The notes under the pieces are model-generated. The model ran no database searches. It was given only the letters and a program-made list of their open reading frames with translations, and was not told the DNA's origin. A program made the position numbers and the translations under genes. A DNA stretch of 32,000 nucleotides from an uncultured Methanoregula sp. (lineage in GTDB: Archaea; Halobacteriota; Methanomicrobia; Methanomicrobiales; Methanospirillaceae): NCBI GenBank assembly GCA_963667735.1, contig OY763919.1, forward strand, positions 1,209,539 to 1,241,538. The letters run 5' to 3'. Positions 24,547 to 32,000 of this stretch are shown here, piece by piece; the first letter of the stretch is position 1; each line of letters starts with the position of its first letter.

Positions 24547-26403
24547 CTACCGGACCTCTCGCAGTGTGCCGGTCTCCGTTGTATCGTACCCGCCAAGATT
24601 CTTTAGGATCTCCCGGAACCGTGCCGACCGGATTGCACTGATGAGTGCCCGGACCCGTGGGTCCCCCGCATGTTCATGCCGGATGGCAATCTCGTACCTC
24701 TCCTGCGATACCGGGACAAACGGCAGATTGAGCGCTTTTGCCGCACTGTACACACAGAGGCCGGCTTCCGCTTCCCCGCTCTTCACCGCAAGGGCAACGG
24801 CGATGTGCGTGGTCACCTCCCTCTCGTAGCCCGGGATGGAACCAGGATCGATCCCTGCCTTCTTCAGTTCAAAGTCCAGGAGCATCCGGGTGCCGGAGCC
24901 TCTCTGGCGGTTGACAAATGCCCGGCCCGGCAGCTCGGCAAGCGCAAGGCCGGTTCGAGAGACAACTCCCTGCTGCCGGCCGGCAACGCAGATGAGATCG
25001 ATTTTGGTCTGCGGCAGGTACTTCTGCAGGAATGTCGTGTTGTAACTCCCGTCTTCTGCCAGCAGGTGGGTGGGGGCGGCATGGCAGTCGTCTTTTTTCA
25101 GGGCAAGGATCCCGCCCATGCTCCCCACGTGGGTTGAGATGAGGGTGATGCCTTCCGGGCGGAGGAGATCGGCCAGGTAATCGAGGACCGGGTCGTGACT
25201 GCCCGTTACGATGAGGGCATTTTCCGCCTCGTGGACCGGCACCATCAGCCGGGCCTCGACTCTATCCCCGGCCGTGTAACCCTCAGAATTGCGGGGAACC
25301 CGGATATACGCGTTTGCCCGGACAGCGCTCATCTGGACACCGGCTCCCTTGGACTGGGGGGAGACGGTCCAGCGGTTCCCGACTTTTCCGAGCGTGCAGA
25401 GCACGAACTCGTCGGATCCGATCTCTTTTGGCAGTGCCGAGGTTATCTCCGCCTGGATCACGGCCGGGTCCGGCACAACAAGGCCGTAGTTTCTGAGGAA
25501 CGGGAGGACGAGCTCGCGGATGATGGTCAGGGCCGAGAGCGGATAGCCGGGAAGGCCGATGACCGGCTTTCCCCCGATTGTGCCGATGATGACCGGCTTA
25601 CCCGGTTTCGTTGCAACGCCGTGGACAAGCACGGTGCCAAGCCCTGCGATGACATCCGCGGTGTAATCCTTTGTTCCTGCCGACGAACCTGCAGAGACGA
25701 TGACGATATCGTTCTCCCGTGCAGCCGTTTCAATAGCTGCCCGGATCCGTTCGGGCCGGTCTTCCACAAAGGGGTACCGCGTGCAGCTGGCCCCGGCCTC
25801 TTCGAGCATCGCCTTTGCCATGACCGTGTTGCTCTCCACTACCTGACCCGGTGCCGGCCGGGTGCCGGCCGGAACGAGTTCGCTTCCCGTGGGAACGAGC
25901 CCGATCCTGACCGTGATCGCGTCGAGCGTCGTGATCCCGTACGTTGCAAGAGCGCCGATCTCGTGAGGCCGGATCCGGTGATGCGAGGGCATCACCATCT
26001 CGGACTCGGCGAGATCCTCTCCCGCCGGCCGGACATGCTGCCACGGGCTTGTGGCTTTCCGGATCGTGTAGGTCCCATCCTTTTCCCAGACATCCTCGAT
26101 CATGATCACGGCATCGTATTCCTGCGGGACAACATTGCCGGTATTCACCCGTGCGGCCCGGGTGAGAGTGATCGGGTGCTGCTCGGAGGCCCCTTTTGTA
26201 TCGGCACTCACGACCGCAATGCCGTCCATGGCCGCGAGATGGATCTCCGGTACCGAGAAGCGTGCAAAGATGGGGCCTGCCGTGATCCGTCCGGCAGCTT
26301 CTTCAACCGGCACCTGCAGGACCGTTGGAACGCAGGAAAATTCCCGGGACAGGAGGGAGAGGGCATCGTCCAGCGTGATGACCGAGAGGTAACGTTTCAC
26401 CAT
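24547..26403 (-). CDS. moeA: Molybdopterin molybdotransferase MoeA fused to a C-terminal periplasmic-binding-protein-like (PBP-like) domain
   Basis: The MoeA core includes ...AMDGIAV..., ...GEDL..., ...SAGSSAGTKDY... and GVATKPGKPVIIG. It is followed by ~220 aa resembling the oxyanion-binding PBP-like module seen in long archaeal MoeA proteins. The preferred start is ATG 26403 (MVKRYLSV), preceded by ggaggc. Confidence 0.85.
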   Translation of the reverse strand: MVKRYLSVITLDDALSLLSREFSCVPTVLQVPVEEAAGRITAGPIFARFSVPEIHLAAMDGIAVVSADTKGASEQHPITLTRAARVNTGNVVPQEYDAVIMIEDVWEKDGTYTIRKATSPWQHVRPAGEDLAESEMVMPSHHRIRPHEIGALATYGITTLDAITVRIGLVPTGSELVPAGTRPAPGQVVESNTVMAKAMLEEAGASCTRYPFVEDRPERIRAAIETAARENDIVIVSAGSSAGTKDYTADVIAGLGTVLVHGVATKPGKPVIIGTIGGKPVIGLPGYPLSALTIIRELVLPFLRNYGLVVPDPAVIQAEITSALPKEIGSDEFVLCTLGKVGNRWTVSPQSKGAGVQMSAVRANAYIRVPRNSEGYTAGDRVEARLMVPVHEAENALIVTGSHDPVLDYLADLLRPEGITLISTHVGSMGGILALKKDDCHAAPTHLLAEDGSYNTTFLQKYLPQTKIDLICVAGRQQGVVSRTGLALAELPGRAFVNRQRGSGTRMLLDFELKKAGIDPGSIPGYEREVTTHIAVALAVKSGEAEAGLCVYSAAKALNLPFVPVSQERYEIAIRHEHAGDPRVRALISAIRSARFREILKNLGGYDTTETGTLREVR

Positions 26404-26910
26404 GCTATGCCTCCGGCCTTTGCGTGTCCGGCATCCCAACGGGCCGGCATGTTCCGGCATACCTGCCTGCCGCCCGCCGCCCGAATCCCTTCGCCAATCC
26501 GGATCGTTTCCTGAAAAGAACGATATCCCCCCTGCATGGATCTGCCCATCTCTCTCACCCCGGCTCCTGGTACTCTGTTGTCATCTTATCTGGTATACCC
26601 CTTATGGATGATTGGTGGCCCGGTGCGTGCCCTCCGGGAACCCTGCCGGTCGGTACAGGGCACACCCGGAATATCGGTACCCTCAAGCAAGGTACCGGTG
26701 AAAAATCCGAGGATCCCGGGAAAAAACCAGAGAGCGAACTCTGCGGGAACGAGACGCCCGGGGTCCTGTCCGTAGGGGCCTGGATGTGTCTGCGATGAGC
26801 ATGCCAAAAATTCCCGCCCGGCACTCAGGGCCGGGATGGTGGAGATGTAGTGTATCCCGAACGGTCCGATACGACCGATCCCTGATTGCTGATTAAAAAG
26901 GGGGCCCGGG

Positions 26911-27366
26911 TCACCAGACCTCGGGGAATGCCATGTTGGTATAGATGTCCTCAAGCCGGGCCTTGTGGCTCCGCTCCATGTTCGCCAGCTGGGAGAAGAG
27001 CAGCTGCGTCTCCGTGTCAGCGGCTGCGTTTGCAAACTGGGTGTACATCTGCATGGCTTCGAGTTCCTTCTTGATGGCAATGACCAGGCCTTCGAGCGGC
27101 TTTAAGTCCATGGTCAGTTTCGGTGAGGGGAGTTCGTCGCCCACCTTGTAGTCGTGGCCGGCAGCGAACTTGATCTTGCCGGCATCCTTTGAGAGGAATC
27201 CCTGGAGGAACTCCCGGTGTTTCTTCTCCTCTTCTGCAAGTTCTGCAAAGAGTGATTTCAGCGCCTTGTCCTTTACCTTGTCAGCAACGCTGCGGTAAAA
27301 AGTGTAGGCTTCGACTTCCCTGTCGATAGCCGTGGAAATGATTTTTTTTGCATCTTCGGTTTTCAT
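26911..27366 (-). CDS. Rubrerythrin/ferritin-like di-iron four-helix-bundle protein (no rubredoxin domain)
   Basis: Two E...ExxH half-sites are present (REVEAY...EEEKKH and KKELEAM...MERSH). The RBS is gagaggtg. The gene begins 16 nt after the fdhB stop. Confidence 0.8.
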   Translation of the reverse strand: MKTEDAKKIISTAIDREVEAYTFYRSVADKVKDKALKSLFAELAEEEKKHREFLQGFLSKDAGKIKFAAGHDYKVGDELPSPKLTMDLKPLEGLVIAIKKELEAMQMYTQFANAAADTETQLLFSQLANMERSHKARLEDIYTNMAFPEVW

Positions 27367-27382
27367 AAATGCACCTCTCTTG

Positions 27383-28636
27383 TTAGTGCTCCTTTGCGGG
27401 GTTGAACACGTTCAGGTAGATCATGTCGCTGCCGGTGTTGTGCAGCCGCGAACGCTCGGCCTTCTCCTCTGCGTAAGCAAGGAGGGGGAGTTCCATGCTG
27501 ACACCCGGGGTGTGGCCGAACATCTTCTCGAGCTCGACCTGCTGGGCGTGCATGAACATCGCGTTCGGAATCTCCGACGGGCAGAGTTCCTGGCACTGGC
27601 CGCAGTTCACACAGGAGTCCGCAATGTGGGCAAAGCGGATGAGGTGGAACATGAAGTTCGGCGGAACTTCGCCGGGTTTGACATAGGCCGGGTTCTTGGT
27701 TGTGCAGTCAACGCAGTAGCAGATCGGGCAGGCCGAGATGCAGCTGTAGCACTTGATGCAGCGGGAGGTCTCGGTCATGATCTTCCGGAGCCGGTCCTTG
27801 CCCTCGCCCAGCGCTTCGAAGTCGTGCTTGCGCCACTTGTCGCCGAGCTTGAGCATTGCGCCCTCGACCTTTCCGCGGATCTCCAGACCCTTGGGGCTGG
27901 CGGCCTCAGCTGCGAGGACGCCATTCTTGACTGCGCCGGAGACCAGGTTTGCACCTTTCTCGGAGCAGACTTCAACGAACGTGGCTTTTCCGGCCTTCTC
28001 GCCGATGACGCCCCAGTTTCCGCAGGCAAGATCTGCCTGCCGTGGGATCTTCATCTTGCAGCGCCGGCAGTTGGACCTGCGGCCATAGCCTGCCTCTTCG
28101 AGCTCGTCAACGGAGATGCCTTTGTGGCCTCCCTCGTACTCGATGATGAACTGGCCCTTGTCGATCTCTTCTTTGTGGACAGTGTTCGGGTCAACACCGT
28201 ACTTGTCGGCAATCATTTTGCGGGCAAGGACCGGGCTGACCGATCCGCCGCAGTTGACCCCGATCATGATGATGTTGTCGAGGTTGATCTGCTTTCTTTT
28301 GGCCAGCTCGTAGAAGGCCATGGCATCGCAGCCCTTGACGGTGACACCGAGTTTCATGTTCGCAGCGCCATCAAAGTATTTCTTGATGAGCTTGGGAAGG
28401 AGCAGGGTGCCGCAGTGGAGGGACCCGGCAGTCTTTGCAAGCTCCTTGGGATCGGAGATCAGGACCGGCTGCGCATCGTAAAGGTCCGCTCCCTTGGTGA
28501 TGACGAGCACGGCATCGACTGCTTTTGATTCGAGCGCGAACTTCCAGAGGGCAGTGACTGCCCCGCCAAGCTCGGCCTTCTTCTTGATGTCCGCGTCGTT
28601 TGTCCATGCATAGAGCATATCGCCTTTCTTTGCCAT
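27383..28636 (-). CDS. fdhB: Formate dehydrogenase beta subunit (F420-reducing, FrhB/FdhB family with ferredoxin domain)
   Basis: The sequence has the FrhB-family N-terminal domain, with a CxxCxxCxxxC pair near the C-terminus (CIKCYSCISACP, CVNCGQCQELCP). ATG 28636 (MAKKGDMLYAW) is preceded by aaggagg, 1 nt after the fdhA stop. Confidence 0.9.
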   Translation of the reverse strand: MAKKGDMLYAWTNDADIKKKAELGGAVTALWKFALESKAVDAVLVITKGADLYDAQPVLISDPKELAKTAGSLHCGTLLLPKLIKKYFDGAANMKLGVTVKGCDAMAFYELAKRKQINLDNIIMIGVNCGGSVSPVLARKMIADKYGVDPNTVHKEEIDKGQFIIEYEGGHKGISVDELEEAGYGRRSNCRRCKMKIPRQADLACGNWGVIGEKAGKATFVEVCSEKGANLVSGAVKNGVLAAEAASPKGLEIRGKVEGAMLKLGDKWRKHDFEALGEGKDRLRKIMTETSRCIKCYSCISACPICYCVDCTTKNPAYVKPGEVPPNFMFHLIRFAHIADSCVNCGQCQELCPSEIPNAMFMHAQQVELEKMFGHTPGVSMELPLLAYAEEKAERSRLHNTGSDMIYLNVFNPAKEH

Positions 28637-28637
28637 G

Positions 28638-30701
28638 TTAGGCCTCCTTGATCTTTTCAATCCTCAAAGCACAGGCCTTGAACTCGGGGATCTTTGCAAC
28701 CGGGTCGAGCGCATTGATCGTGAGCGTGTTGGCAGAGCACTCAACAAAGTGGAACGGGATGAAGACCTCGCCCCGCTTGATGCCCTTTGTCACGCGGGCG
28801 CCGATTCTGATCTCGCCTCGGCGGGAGATCGCCTTGACCATCTCGCCCTCCTTGATACCCCATTCCTTTGCATCCTCGGTATTGATCTCGATCCAGCCGG
28901 TCGGCTCCTCGCGTTCGAGGCTGGGGGAGCGGCGGGTCATCGAGCCGGTGTGCCACTGCCAGATGCAGCGACCGGTGGTTAAGATGATCGGGAAGTCCTT
29001 GTCCGGCACTTCTGCCGGGTACTTGAACTCAATGGGCGTGAAGATCCCAAGTCCGTCCGGGTGGGTGAACTTCTCCTTGTGCAGGATCGGGGTTCCCGGG
29101 TGGTCCGCGGTCGGGCAGGGCCAGTGGAGAGCTTCGGGCTTTTCGAGCCGGGCATAGCTCATGCCGCCGTACGATGGCGTGACCTTTGCAATCTCATTGA
29201 AGATCTCTTCTGCACTCTTGTACGGGAACTGCTTCTCAAAGCCCATTGCCTTTGCAATGTCGCAGATGATCTGCCAGTCCACCTTTGCCTCGCCGGGTGG
29301 GTCCTGCGCCTTTCTCCATTTCTGGACCCGGCGCTCGGTGCTGGTCTGGGTGCCGTCCTTTTCCGCATAACAGGTGGCCGGGAGAACGACATCAGCCATC
29401 CGGGCAGTCTCGGTCAGGAAGATATCCTGCACAACGATGAATTCCGCGTTCTTCAGTCCCTTCTCAACGTGGTGGAGATCGGGGTCGGAGATCATCGGGT
29501 TCTCGCCCATGATATACAGGCACTTGAGTTTGCCGGGTGTGTCGGCGAGGACATTGACCATCTCGGTGACGGTGTAGCCGACCCTGCCCTCGGCGATCTC
29601 GGATACGCCCCAGGCCTCCTTCATCTTCTTCTGGAAGTCGGGGTTGATGACGGCTTGGTAGCCGGAGTATACGTTCGGCAGTGCCCCCATGTCGCAGGCG
29701 CCCTGCACATTGTTCTGGCCCCGGAGTGCACAGACCCCGCCCCCGCGCTTGCCCAGGTGACCCGTCAGCATCTGGAGGTTTGCAACCGACTTGACATTGT
29801 CGACCCCGGTGGTGTGCTGGGTGATGCCCATCGAGTAGAGGACATTGCTCGACTCGGCTTTTGCAATCCACTCTGCAGCCTGGGCAAGCTGTTCAGCCGG
29901 GATACCGGAGATCTTGGAGACTTTGTCAAGGGCATAGTCGGGTTTCATTACGACTTCCTTGAGTTTCTCGAAGTCTTTGGTTCTGTTCTTGATGAAGTCC
30001 TTGTTCTCCCAGCCGTTCCTGATGATGTGCTGCATCATCCCGTTCAGGATGGCCACATCAGTGCCGGAGTGGAACTGCATGTAGAGATCTGCCTGCTTTG
30101 CCGTCGGGGTCAGCCGCGGGTCTGCAACAATGACCTTGCCGCCACGCTGCCTGGCGAGCATGATCTGCCGACCAATGAGCGGGTGATTCTCAAACGTGTT
30201 GGAACCAAGAACAAAAACACATTTCGACTCCCCGATATCGGTGATCGAGTTGGTCATTGCACCGGAACCAAAAGCACCGGCAAGACCAACGACCGTTGAA
30301 GCGTGGCAGAGCCGGGCGCAGTGGTCGATGTTGGGGGTCTTCAGGACAGCCCGGGCAAACTTGTTCATCAGGTAGTTCTCTTCATTGGAGACCCGGGCCG
30401 ATGAGAGGCACTGGATCTCTTCAGGCTTGTAAGACTTGAACTTCTGGGCAATGAGCTTGTACGCCTCGTCCCAGCTGGCTTCGACAAACTTGCCATCCTT
30501 CTTGATGAGCGGCTTTGTCAGCCGGTCCGGGCTGTTGATGAACTCCCAGGCATAGTTGCCCTTGGGACAGAGCTTTCCTTCATTGACCGGATTGCGCTGC
30601 CACGGCTGGACGCCGACGACCTTCTTGTCAACGACAACAAGGTTGAAGCCGCAACCGGTTCCGCAATACGGACACGTGGTTGGCACATACTTGAATTCCA
30701 T
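28638..30701 (-). CDS. fdhA: Formate dehydrogenase alpha subunit (molybdo/tungstopterin, Cys type)
   Basis: The N-terminus is MEFKYVPTTCPYCGTGCG. The active-site segment NIDHCARLCHASTV has Cys (codon 30306-30308) at the position that is selenocysteine in Sec-type enzymes. The fold is MopB with a C-terminal beta-barrel. Confidence 0.9.
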   Translation of the reverse strand: MEFKYVPTTCPYCGTGCGFNLVVVDKKVVGVQPWQRNPVNEGKLCPKGNYAWEFINSPDRLTKPLIKKDGKFVEASWDEAYKLIAQKFKSYKPEEIQCLSSARVSNEENYLMNKFARAVLKTPNIDHCARLCHASTVVGLAGAFGSGAMTNSITDIGESKCVFVLGSNTFENHPLIGRQIMLARQRGGKVIVADPRLTPTAKQADLYMQFHSGTDVAILNGMMQHIIRNGWENKDFIKNRTKDFEKLKEVVMKPDYALDKVSKISGIPAEQLAQAAEWIAKAESSNVLYSMGITQHTTGVDNVKSVANLQMLTGHLGKRGGGVCALRGQNNVQGACDMGALPNVYSGYQAVINPDFQKKMKEAWGVSEIAEGRVGYTVTEMVNVLADTPGKLKCLYIMGENPMISDPDLHHVEKGLKNAEFIVVQDIFLTETARMADVVLPATCYAEKDGTQTSTERRVQKWRKAQDPPGEAKVDWQIICDIAKAMGFEKQFPYKSAEEIFNEIAKVTPSYGGMSYARLEKPEALHWPCPTADHPGTPILHKEKFTHPDGLGIFTPIEFKYPAEVPDKDFPIILTTGRCIWQWHTGSMTRRSPSLEREEPTGWIEINTEDAKEWGIKEGEMVKAISRRGEIRIGARVTKGIKRGEVFIPFHFVECSANTLTINALDPVAKIPEFKACALRIEKIKEA

Positions 30702-30744
30702 GGTTATACACACCTCTTGAATAATCACGGGTCTGGCTGAACGC

Positions 30745-30752
30745 TATTTAAG
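30745..30752 (-). promoter_or_regulatory. Candidate TATA box for the fdhAB operon
   Basis: The minus strand reads ccTTAAATAg, ~45 nt upstream of ATG 30701, with agaggtg as an SD-like element in between. A second TATA-like tttataaaa lies at ~30826-30834, so the promoter assignment is tentative. Confidence 0.3.
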
Positions 30753-30985
30753 GATAGTGTATTTTTTGTAAAAAATGGCGATTAAGTGGGGGTAAGGGGC
30801 GGATCGCACGAAAAAGGTAACCGGATTTTATAAACTACAGGGTTTTACAGAATTTTTGAAAGTAAACACAAATGGTTTACTCCTTCTTTTTGCAGGTTCT
30901 GGCCGCGCATGGCTGCTTATACGACGATAAAATGGCCGGCCTCCTGCCTTTTTCCGGTTGTCGTCCATGCGTTCAATCCTCTTTT

Positions 30986-32000
30986 TCATCTGTTGCTGGT
31001 CTTTGCCGGGTCCCTGCCGTCCCCTTCCTCAGGCAATACATGGATTGCCGTTGCCTTCACTCCGGCAAGGACGCTTGTTCCGACAGCCAGCCCGAGATCC
31101 GTGCAGGACCGGCGGGTGATGAGGGCGACCAGGATAAACCCGCAGTCCACGCTGACCCTGACAAACGGGCCGGAGGGGACTATCTTGGTTATCCGGCCGG
31201 TGATCCGGTTCCGCATGCTGCTTTTTTCCGGAAGTGTACCGGTCGGGGCGATGGTCACTTCTTCCGGACGGATGCAGAGGGAGACCTTCCGCCCCTCTTG
31301 TAGATCCGTCAGTGCTTCAAAGCAGGTCTCCCTCACCCGTATCAGGGCATGTCCATCCCGGTTCTCGATAACTTTTCCGCCGGTGATCGCCTCGATGCCC
31401 ACGAACCGGGCAATGTCCCTGCCTTTTGGCTGGTAGAAGATCTCGCTTGCCCCTCCCACCTGGACGAGCCGCCCGTCCATGATTACGCCGATCCGGTCGG
31501 CGAGTCGCTGCCCCTGGGCCATGTCATGGGTGGACAGGATGATGGTGGTTCTGAACTTCTTGCGGATCCGGAGGACGAGATCCTCGATCAGTTCGGACGA
31601 GACCGGATCGAGGTTTGCCGTCGGCTCATCGAGCAGGAGCACTTCAGGCCGGGTCACCATGGCCCGGGCTATTGCCACCCGCTGCATCTCGCCACCGGAG
31701 AGGGTCGTTGCTATGCGGCCTTCAAACTCCGGCAGGCCCACCAGTTCGAGGGCTTCCTGCACCCGCCCGGCAATCTCTGTTCTTTGCACCTTGCGGAACT
31801 CGAGGCCGAAGGCAATGTTCTTTGCAACCGTTGTGTTCAGCACGGCCGGTTTCTGGAAGACCATTCCGATGCGGCGCCGGATTGCAAGCCGGCCGGCTTC
31901 GGTAGTTGCCGTATCCTGCCCGTCAAAGAATATTTTCCCGGAACTCGGGATATCAAGGAGATCGAGTAAGCGGATGACCGTTGTCTTCCCGCTCCCACTG
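30986..32000 (-). CDS. ABC transporter ATP-binding protein with a C-terminal TOBE/Mop-like domain (molybdate/tungstate ModC/WtpC-like); 5' end outside the window
   Basis: Walker A SGSGKTT lies at the window edge. The signature LSGGEMQRVAIARA and Walker B LLLDEPT are present. The C-terminal beta-barrel segment is RNRITGRITKIVPSGPFVRVSVDCGF...AGVKATAIHVL. Confidence 0.85.
   Translation of the reverse strand, partial: SGSGKTTVIRLLDLLDIPSSGKIFFDGQDTATTEAGRLAIRRRIGMVFQKPAVLNTTVAKNIAFGLEFRKVQRTEIAGRVQEALELVGLPEFEGRIATTLSGGEMQRVAIARAMVTRPEVLLLDEPTANLDPVSSELIEDLVLRIRKKFRTTIILSTHDMAQGQRLADRIGVIMDGRLVQVGGASEIFYQPKGRDIARFVGIEAITGGKVIENRDGHALIRVRETCFEALTDLQEGRKVSLCIRPEEVTIAPTGTLPEKSSMRNRITGRITKIVPSGPFVRVSVDCGFILVALITRRSCTDLGLAVGTSVLAGVKATAIHVLPEEGDGRDPAKTSNR

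Noticed and set aside
22130-30701. Possible selenocysteine (UGA) recoding in fwdB and fdhA
   Set aside because: Both reading frames are uninterrupted. FdhA has a Cys codon (30306-30308) at the position aligned with Sec in Sec-type formate dehydrogenases. I therefore saw no need to invoke an in-frame UGA or a SECIS-type element.
1-32000. CRISPR arrays, rRNA genes and toxin-antitoxin pairs
   Set aside because: I saw no regularly spaced short repeats, no rRNA-like conserved stretches and no small overlapping gene pairs with TA-like features. The only repeats found are those reported at 596-916 and 8493-8587/10513-10607.

Overview
The window looks like a chromosomal segment from a methanogenic archaeon. 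The evidence is a formylmethanofuran dehydrogenase operon, an F420-type formate dehydrogenase fdhAB, archaeal TATA-like promoters and oligo-T terminators. Hand-counted GC is about 55% in ordinary genes. A Methanomicrobiales-type origin is my guess, not verified. Most of the window is ordinary, tightly packed core genome. From left to right:
- serA 3' end, a GATase1, and tRNA-Val(GAC).
- A Mg2+ cluster: corA, an NRAMP-related transporter, and a pore-less MgtE sensor protein.
- msrA, pspC, a glycosyltransferase, and an nre/DNA-ligase pair.
- A long molybdenum/tungsten-enzyme supercluster: MOT-type transporter, Dsr-like protein, fwd(G)DBAC, moeA-PBP, a rubrerythrin-like gene, fdhAB, and a TOBE-containing ABC ATPase.

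The one clear accessory element is an AT-rich islet of about 1.9 kb (8588-10512). It is inserted into the 3' end of msrA and bracketed by 95-bp direct repeats (92/95 identical) derived from the msrA 3' end. A displaced msrA tail plus its terminator remain on the left side. The islet carries no integrase. It has its own TATA box and a two-gene cassette. The first gene is a small 2-TM SLATT/DUF4231 protein. The second is a TIR-domain protein with one TM helix and an orphan, very AT-rich, sequon-rich C-terminal ectodomain, giving an inverted Toll-like-receptor topology. I consider this a candidate TIR/NADase-based membrane defence (abortive-infection) module in an archaeon and the most interesting object here. 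Secondary observations:
- An NRMT-type (Mg2+-type) metal-site signature in the NRAMP homologue, which is co-operonic with a stand-alone MgtE cytoplasmic sensor.
- A G/C-homopolymer hairpin repeat pair in a 556-bp non-coding gap.
- Tandem paralogous micro-membrane proteins.
- An unexplained GC-rich 500-bp gap upstream of moeA.

No CRISPR array, transposase, integrase or rRNA was seen.
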